Below are positions 48,715 to 58,379 of a stretch of DNA of 61,072 bases, in pieces. The position numbers were made by a program, and so were the translations under genes. Source of the stretch: a virus (taxonomy: Duplodnaviria > Caudoviricetes); IMG/VR virus record IMGVR_UViG_3300005831_000006, positions 1-61,072 of that record; one strand, written 5' to 3'. The notes beneath the pieces are model-generated. The model was not told the DNA's origin. It worked only from the letters and a program-made list of their open reading frames with translations, and made no database searches. Each line of letters begins with the position of its first letter. Position 1 is the stretch's first letter.

Positions 48715-50382
48715 ATGGTAAAGAAATTTAAAAAGAATTTGCTAAAATTACCAGCTGTAATTAATAGTAGATTCTTGTTATCTCTTCTGAAAGTGGTTAT
48801 ACATGGGGAAATAGGATCATCGAAGTTGACAATGATCGGTACGCTTTTAAAAATGGTTAATATGGCTGCGTATAGTAAGGATCCTGAAATTTATTCCATA
48901 TTAAAATCAATAGAGATATCGATTAACTGTAGATTGGATGATGTTAAAGATAATCATCTAATTACCAGTGTAATAACAGCGAGTATTTCTAATGAGGATA
49001 ATAAGGATATAATTTCAGGGTTGATAGAACCTATAGTATCAGGTTGCTTTAAACTTCCAGAAGCTGAAACGGCATACATATTAAACATTATCTCCACGTA
49101 TTTAAAGGTGGGATTTCTCTTAGAGTATAAAGATAGTATAATTGATAAATTCACTAAAATTGAATCTGGAAGTATGGGTGGTATTAATACACTTGTTTCA
49201 GATTTTGAAAAAGAAGTTGCAGATCTGCATGTTAAATTACATAAAACATTGAGCAGTGATGCAATTAGTGCGACTGATACAGTTTCAATATCAGATCCTG
49301 ATTTCTTTAAGAAATATTTTATCAATGTATATAAATTATCTAAGAGGAAAACCCGAGTTTTACGAACAGGAATTCAGAAGTTAAATGCACTGTTAAGTGA
49401 TCAAGGTGGTTTCTTAACCGGAAAGATGTATGTTATTAATGCTCCTATCAATTCATTTAAAACAGGATTGTTATTATACATAGCAAAATGGATTCAATTA
49501 TACAATAGTGCAATGTATATTGAAAAATTTAAGTTAACAGGTAAAAGACCCACCGTTTTAGTTGTATCATTAGAAAATACGTGGGATGAAAATACTGAAC
49601 GATTATTTTCAATGTATTCAAGTACAAACCTTAGTGAAGTATCAAATATAGGTGATGCTGAAGACATGTGGAAAAGCAATGTTAATAAAACAGACTCAAT
49701 TATTGATATTTGTATGATATATGCCAAAGCTGGTAGATTTAGTACATCGGATTTGGAATATCGTATAGATGAGATAGAATCACAGGGCGCACAAGTTATT
49801 GCAGTTCTTATTGATTATATGCGTCTTATGAGAGATGATTTAGCTAATGTTGAACCACGAATGAAAATAATCAGTATATCAACAGATCTTCATGAATTGG
49901 TGGCTCTCAGACCTGAGATGGTTTTGATAACAGCCCATCATACTAATAGAGATGGAGATATAATATTAACTGATATCGAAAATAGAGGTGGAGTTGACAA
50001 AGTTAAATCTCTTGGTAGACAACATCTCGTTGAAGCACATTCAGTAGAAGATGCAATTGATTTCTCGATGTATATTGTTCCTGAAACATCTGTCTATACC
50101 GGAGAAGTATTTTTAACGGTAAAGAAAGGTAAATGTAGATATAAGCGTTCTACTACTGAGTATTTTGCTCATGAGTTAAAGAATCGTTTTTATCTTACAG
50201 ACGATATTAATCTTGAAAAATCATTATCTATTGACAGTATTGCCGAAACCGCAAACAGTGGTCAAGGTAATAAACCGATTCATAGTGGAATGATGCAAAA
50301 TACCAATCGGACTTCTATACGTAAAAAAGAACCTGATGCTAAGAATAATATATTCGAGTCAGTTTTTACTGTTGATGAATAA
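48715..50382 (+). CDS. dnaB: DnaB-like replicative helicase
   Basis: RTGIQKLNALL...GGF, Walker A APINSFKTG, SLEN, Walker B IDYM, TAHHTNR, KCRY arginine finger. Confidence 0.88.
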   Translation: MVKKFKKNLLKLPAVINSRFLLSLLKVVIHGEIGSSKLTMIGTLLKMVNMAAYSKDPEIYSILKSIEISINCRLDDVKDNHLITSVITASISNEDNKDIISGLIEPIVSGCFKLPEAETAYILNIISTYLKVGFLLEYKDSIIDKFTKIESGSMGGINTLVSDFEKEVADLHVKLHKTLSSDAISATDTVSISDPDFFKKYFINVYKLSKRKTRVLRTGIQKLNALLSDQGGFLTGKMYVINAPINSFKTGLLLYIAKWIQLYNSAMYIEKFKLTGKRPTVLVVSLENTWDENTERLFSMYSSTNLSEVSNIGDAEDMWKSNVNKTDSIIDICMIYAKAGRFSTSDLEYRIDEIESQGAQVIAVLIDYMRLMRDDLANVEPRMKIISISTDLHELVALRPEMVLITAHHTNRDGDIILTDIENRGGVDKVKSLGRQHLVEAHSVEDAIDFSMYIVPETSVYTGEVFLTVKKGKCRYKRSTTEYFAHELKNRFYLTDDINLEKSLSIDSIAETANSGQGNKPIHSGMMQNTNRTSIRKKEPDAKNNIFESVFTVDE

Positions 50383-50400
50383 GATTGGTAACATTTAAAT

Positions 50401-50714
50401 GTATGATGTGTGTAGATGTAGTATATCTTATTGAATCTTGATATTAGAATGTATTCCATACGTGTAAATTATGTTGAAGTTAATATCGATACATACACTT
50501 AATTTGGAACATGTTTCAGTAGAAGGGTTTGATGATTATTATCTATGAATGCTATAATACACATTAAACATCATCAAATGTTAAATCTAATTTATTTAAT
50601 TGGATTTGACTTTCCTGGATAACATCCTCCATCAAACATATTGTATAAATATGTCCAGGAAACAAAGTATTTATACTTAAATAATACCAGGGAGTAACAT
50701 CCCTGGTTGTTTTT
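50401..50714 (+). ncRNA. candidate structured non-coding RNA
   Basis: AACA-TTTAAA-TG motif at 50390-50401, no ORF in the track, several stems including G-U pairs, terminator at 50686-50714. Confidence 0.55.
50686..50714 (+). terminator. intrinsic terminator
   Basis: ACCAGGGA-gtaaca-TCCCTGGT followed by TGTTTTT. Confidence 0.8.
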
Positions 50715-50745
50715 ATATATTTACACGTAGAACATTTAAATGATT

Positions 50746-50919
50746 TAAAGTCACTCAGATGAGCTTAAATACTTAATTAGTACAATTACCCATATTAATG
50801 ATTATATCTCATCTGAAGTGATTTTTGTAAAATATGGGTTTTTCGACCGTTGTAAGTCCTTATGTACCAACGACTTATGAAATGCTATTTTTGTCTTTTT
50901 TTATACAAAATAGATAATG
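50746..50919 (+). repeat. 174-bp dispersed repeat, copy 2
   Basis: reverse complement aligns to 38044-38217; preceded by AACA-TTTAAA-TG at 50731-50742. Confidence 0.95.
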
Positions 50920-50957
50920 AGAAATATACTCATCAGAAACATACTGAAAGGATTAAA

Positions 50958-51146
50958 ATGAAACCAATTGAGGAGATTATAAAAGATCTTGAAGAAAGGT
51001 GGAATAAGTTATTACTTGAAAAAACCACCTTTATTAAAAAATTGGACAAGAAATCTTTATTAGTAAATCTTTATACTAAAAGTTTTGATCATCAACTTGA
51101 GATACTTCTTAAGAAAATAGTTATTCTCGATGAACTTAGTAAATAA
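50958..51146 (+). CDS. small helical hypothetical protein (62 aa)
   Basis: AAAGGA RBS before ATG 50958; hairpin downstream. Confidence 0.55.
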   Translation: MKPIEEIIKDLEERWNKLLLEKTTFIKKLDKKSLLVNLYTKSFDHQLEILLKKIVILDELSK

Positions 51147-51253
51147 ATAATATGGGGGGAAAATTCCCTCCATTATTTTTTTTATTAGTTAAAACATCAT
51201 AATAAGGATATTTACCTAAACACTGTAAGTTATTTAATGAAGGAAGAAAAAAT

Positions 51254-53092
51254 ATGAGCTATTATAACACGTTGCCTTTCGCTGCGTCAGGTTTAGATAT
51301 AACCGCTACAGAGATAACTAACATGTTTGTAAAATATGTACTTGGTAAATTTCCATATAATACATTCGGTATAGGATCTGTATTCATAGATACTCTTGGT
51401 ATGGTTAATGATCATAAGAGAAGAATCAATGGTTTAGAAGCTGCTAAAAATATCCCTAAACCATATGTAATAGTGACTAATGATGGCGGAATGACAGATG
51501 TATATTCAAAAGATGATGGTAGTCCTGATATTAAACAGTTTTCTATGTTTCCTGGAACAACTGATGATAGAAGACTTAAAAATAATCATAGATTAGTATT
51601 ACTCACAGACAAAGTAAATGGTATATATATTGACACTATTGAAATGCGAAGAAGAATTGAATTAGATTTTAAGTTTGATTTTGATACAAAATCTGATATA
51701 AGTACAATAAGAAGTCATCTACATTCAAATTTATCTATCAGAAAACCATCAGTATTGGAAAACTTGAACACAAGTATTATACTTCCGAATAGTCTTGTGT
51801 ATGGTATAAGTAGACTTGCTTATAAAGCAAATGAATTTAGTGTCTCAAATCCAAATGATATAGAAACTCTCGTAGAGTATATGAATACTAATGGAGTTTA
51901 CGATTTTTCTGCAAAACCAAAAGATGTTGATAATTCAGATGTATTATTTCTATTAGATAGAAATATTAATATAAATTTCTACATCAATGAGATGGATAGT
52001 AAAGATGGAGCTAACAATGAAAAAGATGGTGAAGTATATGAAAAATTTTCACTTGAACTCCATTGTAGCCTTGATTTTAAATTGCCAAATACATACGTAA
52101 TGAATTATAAGATTTATAATGGTCCTAATAAGAGTATAATATCTTCTGAGTATTTGAATAATATTAAACTTGATAGAAATGCTGAGATCCCAGCAAAAAT
52201 TAGCGAACCAAGATATATAGAAGATAGAGAGTATATCAAACCTATATATTTTAATGGAGAATTGATAGTAAAAGAGGAATTTCTTATAGAAGAAGAAAAA
52301 GAAGTTGTTCAATTATCAAATTTTTTCCCAAACGGTACGGTATATAGAGATATATTGTACAGATTATCCCCAGAAGAACGTTCAGGAATGTTTGAAACTC
52401 ATTTTTATGAAAATGGAGTTTTAATAGAAGATTACAATATTCATATATATGATGTCGAATCGGATATTGTATATATTATCGATAAATGTGATACAAATGT
52501 ATCTTTTATGATTTTCGTTTACTGTAATGTAACAAAACTGAAAAAATTTATACCAATCATTACATCAAGAGTTGAAAAATCCATATTTCCAAATATTGAT
52601 GAAAATGGAATACCTTATTATATAGGTTCCATACCCCCAACTCCATTAAATGTAATCCCCCCATTTCCATCATGGGATATCGATACAGATTATGATATAA
52701 ATTTATCAATAATCCATGAAAATGTTTTGTATAAATCATTAACCGCTTCTATAAATATTATCCCTGGTTCCGATATAGCGATATGGAAACCCATAGCAAA
52801 ATATTGGACTATTGATATGGAAATTGTGATTGGTGATTATGTTATATATAACTCAATGTTGTATAGAGCTATACAGACAATCATTGGTGGATTAACCCCA
52901 TCTAGAAATTATGAAGCGTTTGTCTTTATAACTATATTGGGTGAAGAGAGAAGTTTGAATTTTGATTTACCACTATTATCACGAGAAATATCAATTGGTG
53001 GTAAGTTCAATAAGGGTGGAGAAAAACAACGTCTTAAAGGGAATGTTAGCTCAGTACAACAATTTGAGTGTTTCATTAACGCTAGTAGATAA
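51254..53092 (+). CDS. virion structural protein with C-terminal carbohydrate-binding (CBM5/12-like) repeats
   Basis: late-type motif at 51193-51204; Pro-rich linker then WDIDTDY...HENVLYK...W and WTIDMEI..GDYVIYNSMLYRA repeats. Confidence 0.55.
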   Translation: MSYYNTLPFAASGLDITATEITNMFVKYVLGKFPYNTFGIGSVFIDTLGMVNDHKRRINGLEAAKNIPKPYVIVTNDGGMTDVYSKDDGSPDIKQFSMFPGTTDDRRLKNNHRLVLLTDKVNGIYIDTIEMRRRIELDFKFDFDTKSDISTIRSHLHSNLSIRKPSVLENLNTSIILPNSLVYGISRLAYKANEFSVSNPNDIETLVEYMNTNGVYDFSAKPKDVDNSDVLFLLDRNININFYINEMDSKDGANNEKDGEVYEKFSLELHCSLDFKLPNTYVMNYKIYNGPNKSIISSEYLNNIKLDRNAEIPAKISEPRYIEDREYIKPIYFNGELIVKEEFLIEEEKEVVQLSNFFPNGTVYRDILYRLSPEERSGMFETHFYENGVLIEDYNIHIYDVESDIVYIIDKCDTNVSFMIFVYCNVTKLKKFIPIITSRVEKSIFPNIDENGIPYYIGSIPPTPLNVIPPFPSWDIDTDYDINLSIIHENVLYKSLTASINIIPGSDIAIWKPIAKYWTIDMEIVIGDYVIYNSMLYRAIQTIIGGLTPSRNYEAFVFITILGEERSLNFDLPLLSREISIGGKFNKGGEKQRLKGNVSSVQQFECFINASR

Positions 53093-53111
53093 TGAAACAA
53101 GGAGATATGAT

Positions 53112-56100
53112 ATGCTTATAAATAGAAATAAATTACCAGGTGTTACGATTTTTAAACATAAGGATGTAATGGATTCTTATGTTAGTAAAAATGAAACATC
53201 AGGTATTATAACAGAGATAGTATCAAAATTAGTAACTCATGATGCTATGATTAATGATAATATTGGTTTTGAGTACTCACTAGCTCCAAGAGAAGCTATA
53301 ACTGAGATATCAAAAAATATTTTCAAAAGACATCCATTGGTAGATGATGTTTATGGGTTAACAAAACGCACTGATAGTTCAATGGGTATAGAAGAAGTTT
53401 TATCAATGGATCGAAGTAATAATGTTATAGGTGCTATTTCATCAGATAATTTGAAAATATCTGATGCTGGGGTACCTATTTCAAATATTATGGGTTTAAA
53501 ATATGGTAAAATTTCTTATGGTGAAAAGAGTATGAATGATGTATACTCATTTGATCCGTATTCAGAATATACTTTAACTGATGTAGTTAAGAGTTTTTTA
53601 AAGGATACTTTGGTATTTTCTGTACACAGAGGCGGATATATAACCGTATATTCGACAGATACTGATGTTGTTGATATAATAAATTTTACAGAAACAACTT
53701 CATATTATAAGAATAGTTTAGTTAAAAATGAAACTTATTTTAATAAAACATTATTAAATAGTTTAGTTATTAATGCATCATTTAATGGTGTATCGTCAAT
53801 AGTAATAACTACATCATCGAATACGATATTATTCAACATGAATGATAATACATTCATAACTCTTCCGTTAACTCTTGTTGATGAAGTTATAACTGATATC
53901 AAAATGTATTCCGATATGATTTATTTCATAATAAATACTAATGATAAAAATTATAAAATAAAGAGTTTTAATGTAAATAACTCTTTATTGGTTGAGCATG
54001 ATATTACAAATAAAGATATATCATTCTTTCCAAATACGATTGTAAAAATAGGTTCAGATATTGTGTTGTATGAATCTATTCATAAATTTGGAAAACATAT
54101 TGATACATCTATACGATATATTCAACTTATGGAAACCGAAGATTCTGAAATATCTACTATAGATGTAAATTCACAAGTTTATGTCAGTATGATTTCTGGA
54201 TCATCTGTAAATTCATTAGAAGTTGGTCTTGTTTCAAATATCGGAGCCATTGATAGAACAATGGTATACATTACAGGCGGTGTAGTATATCTATATGATG
54301 AAAATATGAATACACTTGATGATAATTTTGAAGTCGCTTATAATGGTGGTTCCGAAATCATAACGTATTCATCAAAATATATTTCAATTATTTTTATCGT
54401 TAATGGTATAATAAAAAACATAAACACTATAGATATTTGTAAAGATAGAAATAGTGGACTCAATATCACTGATTGTTTTGTGTTTAATAATGAATGTATC
54501 GTTACATTTGATGATAATACATATCGGATAATATCATTGGGTGATCTATATGAGAATAAAATCTTTATCAACCATATTACAAGTACTCTAAGTGTATCAA
54601 ATAATAATCGTAAGGTATACTTTTATAATGATAAACTTGTTACAGTAACTGATAATGATCTTTCATCGTTAGTAATAACACCCCATCTAGATATCTTTAC
54701 TCAGAATGAGTATGATAATATACAGGTTTTTGAATACATAAATATGGATGTTGATACTATATATTTATCCGTAATAACAAAATCGGAACCTTTTACACGT
54801 ATAACCATGATGTCTATCGTATACACTGCTGATGTACCTGATTTAACAATACTGGCATCAAATGGTTTTAATGCTATTATCGATATTGATATTAGTTTGA
54901 TAAGACATGTAAATAATACGATTATAATACCAGTAATACCGCAAGGTTTTATAAATACATTTTTAATATCATGTGATTTTGACAAATCCATAATAATTAG
55001 AAATATACTTGAAACTACATCAGATTTTACGTCAGCACTATTTATTAATCTGGCTACTAATAGAATGAGTTTCGGTATCGATTCTGTAATATATGAATGT
55101 CCATTGAATACCTCATTGTTCAATGTAACAGATACTGAATCTGTTGTAAAAATAATTAGTGCAGCATCTTTTATCGATAATGCGATCTCATCGATACCTG
55201 GAAATAGTGTAGTTCAGAATTATGCTGAACTTGATAATGATAATTTATTCATAAATGAATTATTTTATCTGAATAACAATGTAATTGTCGAAAGTAAAGT
55301 ATCCAAGTATTTTAGACTTGGTGATACATATCTCTTTGTATCAAACAAAGATGTCAAATTGTTTGATAATATGTTTAAATTAAAATCTATTATGTATATC
55401 AATGACGATATACATGTGTTAAAAATTAATGATATGTCCAATGGTGTATTTATACTAAATACAAATATTGGAGATATCCGTGTCGATATATCATCAATGA
55501 TATTAACAGATCTTACAAGTGTTATATATCATAATAAAAATATAAAACATAAAAAGACCAATTCCAATATCGTTTTATGTGACGGTACTACTGTATCGAT
55601 AATAGATACAGCAACTTACAAAATAAATTATGATATTTTAAATAATTTGTCAAACATTGACATTCAATTAGATACAAATATTCATACATTGCGTTTGGGT
55701 AATGTAGTCAATTTTAATGATAATGTATTTATCGGATTATCTATAATTGATATCGATAATTATTATTTGGGTAGCTTTGTACTAGTATTTAATACTTTAA
55801 CAGATGAAATCAGTATTATAACTTTATCTGATTTTGAATCACCTGTTATACAGGAAAATACAACAATGATAGATTCGAGTTTTGTAGATATGGTGATTAT
55901 AGATACTGATCTATATATTTCATATTATGAAAATAATCGAATCAATTGTCTCATTATACATTCAGATATGAGTCAAACATTATTGGGTACTGTATTTGTT
56001 ATACCTGATAACACGTCTTATATAGCAATGATAGCTACAGTAAATGATTTACGGGTATTATTAAGTGATAACTCGGTTATTACAACTCCGTATACAGTTA

Positions 56101-58352
56101 AAACGTTTGTATCACCCGTTGAACAGTTATTAACTGTACTATATAAAGTGGTCATAAATAATGATCTTAATTTTAATTTTGTAATTATTAGTCAGGATTC
56201 CGTTAAATATATCGTGAAAGATATCGATAATGTTATCTGGACTAATATTGATAACGATATTACACATATTCCAACTTTGTTTAACTATGTGTTAAGCAAT
56301 TTCGGTATGTTGGATATGTCAATAGATTTGGGAGAGGCTTTCATTTTCAATTCATACACAAATGAATGTATTAGAATCATAGATGGTGAAGTTTTTAACT
56401 ATGTAAATGGTTATACTCTATATAACCGAGTTGATATCGGTAATTATGACTCTGATTTATTCTTTAAAATATTTACAAATGGTTTTGCTGCATTCAATAA
56501 CTTTTCAGGTTTATATCGATCATATTATACCTCATTCAGTACATTAGGTAATATGATAGTTGATAATAATGTAATTGTTATTGATTATGAATTAAACAAA
56601 TATAGTTGTGTAAAAAATAATGAATTTACAAAACTTATAAATGTCAATAAACATTCTGAAGATTTCATATCTGCTGTTTTTTGTTCTGTTAAACACAATA
56701 CAGTTCAATCTATAAACTATGTTATCGATAATGATAACAATACTATTTTAGTTGCTGATTCAAAATTGATGATAAAAACACCTACGGATTTAATATTGTT
56801 TAATACTAATCCTAATATCAATGAGAGTTATTATTATAGAATAATGGAGAATAATACATCCGTTATTCTCCTTAGAACAGATGATGCAAAATTCGGTTAT
56901 AAACAGTGTATTTTTATAGATAATACAGGTTCATATCATACAATTGATATGTATGTAGACTATGAAATAAAACCGATATATGTTGATAACGATGGAGTTC
57001 TACATTCCATAGTTAAAAATAACAGTTCAGTTATGTACATGATGGGTACAGATATTTCAAGTGTTGTAACATTGAATGGATATGAAAATGTCATAGATGC
57101 TGTTAAAGTTCATGATATAGATAATTCTATATTATTAGTGAATATTAATGGCGATCTTATAGTTTTCGATGTTACGGATAATAATGGTGGATTAAAATAT
57201 AAATCCATAGCTATCGAAGAAGAGGATATCATAGGTATTCCTTATGATTATACATTTGTAAGAATAGTAGCACTATCAAATAATTACACATGTGTAGTCA
57301 TGGTTAAAAATAATCAGTCTGGTATTTGTAATATTATACCAGACTGTAGGATATCTTTAACATTAGATATTTTAGGTATTCCTATTTTCGAAGTCCATAC
57401 TGATTCTGTGGGAATATTAAAGTTTTATAATATCGAAGAAAATGATGATAACAGATTCTCTCTACCAGTTACAGATAATACGACTGGTTTATCATTGTAT
57501 GATTGTATCAAAACAGAACAATCCGCAGATTATGATATAAATATTACTGTAAATATCGGTGATATAACAATTGATGGGGAATTGATTGATAACTTGTATT
57601 CGGATATACATACCTACATAACGACTGATAAAACATCTTCTCCTAAAATATTTATGAGAGATAGATTTTTTATTGTTCAATATGGTAAAAATATCATAAT
57701 ATGTGAAATCAATGATAGATATTCTCCAAATTTCAAACCATTGTATGAAATCATTCAAAAGAGTTATACTACGACTAAAATTGTTACAGATGTATCAATT
57801 GGTGGTAATAATATTTTATTATCATTTTCCGATAAGACTGCAAGATCTATAGTTGTCAAGAAAGTTCTTGATGGAATTGGTGAGCAAGTAACATTTGTTG
57901 ACAATGGTTTTAATTTCTACAAAGAGTTTAAAACTCCAAGTATAAATGAAGATATTAAGTATTTTATCACTGAAATTGGTGATGTTGGGTATATAACTGA
58001 TAATAAATGTTTTATTTATTCTAAAACTGAAAAACAGTATATCAATATTAAACAAACAAGTGAAGATTTTATCAAGTTTTATTGTATAGACCCTATATAT
58101 AATAGAGTTTATACAGTTGATGGATCTGATAATTTCGGATATATAGATATCAATAACATGGAATACGTTCCTGTTAAAGCTATGACTGAACTTGATATTA
58201 TAAATATAGTATACACAGTATTCAATACTGTTGAAATACTTACAACCGTAGGAATTTTCATTTTTATTAATGAAAAACTTCATAAAATAACCAATGTTGT
58301 ACCGGATGGATTAGATTTAATAGTATATCCATTTAAAGAATATTCGATATAA
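53112..58352 (+). CDS. very large beta-rich (propeller-like) protein, probably tail/baseplate-associated
   Basis: ~1746 aa of short Ile/Val/Asn/Asp beta-strand patterns; start moved to ATG 53112 behind AAGGAG. Confidence 0.55.
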   Translation: MLINRNKLPGVTIFKHKDVMDSYVSKNETSGIITEIVSKLVTHDAMINDNIGFEYSLAPREAITEISKNIFKRHPLVDDVYGLTKRTDSSMGIEEVLSMDRSNNVIGAISSDNLKISDAGVPISNIMGLKYGKISYGEKSMNDVYSFDPYSEYTLTDVVKSFLKDTLVFSVHRGGYITVYSTDTDVVDIINFTETTSYYKNSLVKNETYFNKTLLNSLVINASFNGVSSIVITTSSNTILFNMNDNTFITLPLTLVDEVITDIKMYSDMIYFIINTNDKNYKIKSFNVNNSLLVEHDITNKDISFFPNTIVKIGSDIVLYESIHKFGKHIDTSIRYIQLMETEDSEISTIDVNSQVYVSMISGSSVNSLEVGLVSNIGAIDRTMVYITGGVVYLYDENMNTLDDNFEVAYNGGSEIITYSSKYISIIFIVNGIIKNINTIDICKDRNSGLNITDCFVFNNECIVTFDDNTYRIISLGDLYENKIFINHITSTLSVSNNNRKVYFYNDKLVTVTDNDLSSLVITPHLDIFTQNEYDNIQVFEYINMDVDTIYLSVITKSEPFTRITMMSIVYTADVPDLTILASNGFNAIIDIDISLIRHVNNTIIIPVIPQGFINTFLISCDFDKSIIIRNILETTSDFTSALFINLATNRMSFGIDSVIYECPLNTSLFNVTDTESVVKIISAASFIDNAISSIPGNSVVQNYAELDNDNLFINELFYLNNNVIVESKVSKYFRLGDTYLFVSNKDVKLFDNMFKLKSIMYINDDIHVLKINDMSNGVFILNTNIGDIRVDISSMILTDLTSVIYHNKNIKHKKTNSNIVLCDGTTVSIIDTATYKINYDILNNLSNIDIQLDTNIHTLRLGNVVNFNDNVFIGLSIIDIDNYYLGSFVLVFNTLTDEISIITLSDFESPVIQENTTMIDSSFVDMVIIDTDLYISYYENNRINCLIIHSDMSQTLLGTVFVIPDNTSYIAMIATVNDLRVLLSDNSVITTPYTVKTFVSPVEQLLTVLYKVVINNDLNFNFVIISQDSVKYIVKDIDNVIWTNIDNDITHIPTLFNYVLSNFGMLDMSIDLGEAFIFNSYTNECIRIIDGEVFNYVNGYTLYNRVDIGNYDSDLFFKIFTNGFAAFNNFSGLYRSYYTSFSTLGNMIVDNNVIVIDYELNKYSCVKNNEFTKLINVNKHSEDFISAVFCSVKHNTVQSINYVIDNDNNTILVADSKLMIKTPTDLILFNTNPNINESYYYRIMENNTSVILLRTDDAKFGYKQCIFIDNTGSYHTIDMYVDYEIKPIYVDNDGVLHSIVKNNSSVMYMMGTDISSVVTLNGYENVIDAVKVHDIDNSILLVNINGDLIVFDVTDNNGGLKYKSIAIEEEDIIGIPYDYTFVRIVALSNNYTCVVMVKNNQSGICNIIPDCRISLTLDILGIPIFEVHTDSVGILKFYNIEENDDNRFSLPVTDNTTGLSLYDCIKTEQSADYDINITVNIGDITIDGELIDNLYSDIHTYITTDKTSSPKIFMRDRFFIVQYGKNIIICEINDRYSPNFKPLYEIIQKSYTTTKIVTDVSIGGNNILLSFSDKTARSIVVKKVLDGIGEQVTFVDNGFNFYKEFKTPSINEDIKYFITEIGDVGYITDNKCFIYSKTEKQYINIKQTSEDFIKFYCIDPIYNRVYTVDGSDNFGYIDINNMEYVPVKAMTELDIINIVYTVFNTVEILTTVGIFIFINEKLHKITNVVPDGLDLIVYPFKEYSI

Positions 58353-58379
58353 AAATAGGGGGAGTAATCCCCCTATTTT
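58353..58379. terminator. bidirectional intrinsic terminator
   Basis: AAAATAGGGGGA-gtaa-TCCCCCTATTTT. Confidence 0.8.

Noticed and set aside
49435-49470. DnaB Walker A APINSFKTG lacking the Gly before Lys, suggesting inactivity
   Set aside because: The catalytic Lys-Thr is retained, and from memory F-K-(S/T) variants occur in phiKZ-like DnaB proteins
50862-50957. N-terminal extension of the 94-aa ORF
   Set aside because: It starts inside the 174-bp repeat core; the RBS-supported start is 50958
52962-53111. Apparent 131-nt overlap or possible frameshift fusion between the 51254 and 52962 ORFs
   Set aside because: A good AAGGAG RBS with in-frame ATG at 53112 removes the overlap; no slippery site identified
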